Shown here: positions 63,896 to 64,000 of the stretch, piece by piece | How positions within the stretch are numbered: position 1 is the stretch's first letter | How the letters are laid out: every line of letters starts with the position of its first letter | Notes under the pieces: generated by a model | What the model was told of the DNA's origin: nothing | The model's database searches: none | The model's input: the letters and a program-made list of their open reading frames with translations, nothing else | Origin: Mobula hypostoma | Lineage: Eukaryota | DNA length: 64,000 nt | Assembly: GCF_963921235.1 (NCBI RefSeq) | Contig: NC_086097.1 | Coordinates: 206,648,001-206,712,000, forward strand | Direction: 5' to 3' | Program-made: the position numbers and the translations under genes

Positions 63896-64000
63896 TCCAG
63901 GTAGTGGGTAGTAGCTCCATATGTCACTACTACAGGGTGTGACGACCCTGCCTTACACGAGTCCCGGGCTCAGCTGGCTCCAGCTGACAGTACCTGGTAT

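Noticed and set aside
63937..64000. GC/CpG-rich sequence starting TGTGACG at the window edge
   Set aside because: Probably the start of another young repeat, but too little is visible to classify.
1..64000. Prokaryotic-type systems (CRISPR, retrons, operons) suggested by the RT ORFs
   Set aside because: All RTs are eukaryotic non-LTR or Penelope types; no repeat-spacer arrays or gene-dense organisation.

Overview
Eukaryotic, AT-rich, non-coding DNA (large intron or intergenic). The repeat families (CR1 with (TTCTATG)n-type tails, Rex1/Babar, RTE, Penelope-like, tRNA-derived SINEs) suggest a cartilaginous fish, probably a ray; this is an inference. About half or more of the window is transposon-derived, often nested. 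Every ORF in the track that I could recognise is a retrotransposon remnant or its antisense shadow. I could not identify a host gene; only a few candidate small exons with good splice signals are noted. Most notable: (1) an intact minimal type I hammerhead ribozyme motif (49385-49422) in a 118-bp Penelope-derived insertion with a 13-bp target-site duplication (TSD); (2) two diverged copies (about 42.6-44.15 kb and 62.8-63.9 kb) of a decayed minus-strand reading frame whose motifs resemble P-element/THAP9 transposase; (3) a Hero-type non-LTR 3' end whose UTR shows a closed multi-stem fold with a possible pseudoknot and k-turn; (4) two young, near-identical CR1 copies forming a ~2.1-kb inverted repeat, one splitting a full-length older CR1. 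Family names, boundaries and similarities were judged by eye and are approximate unless exact TSDs are given.
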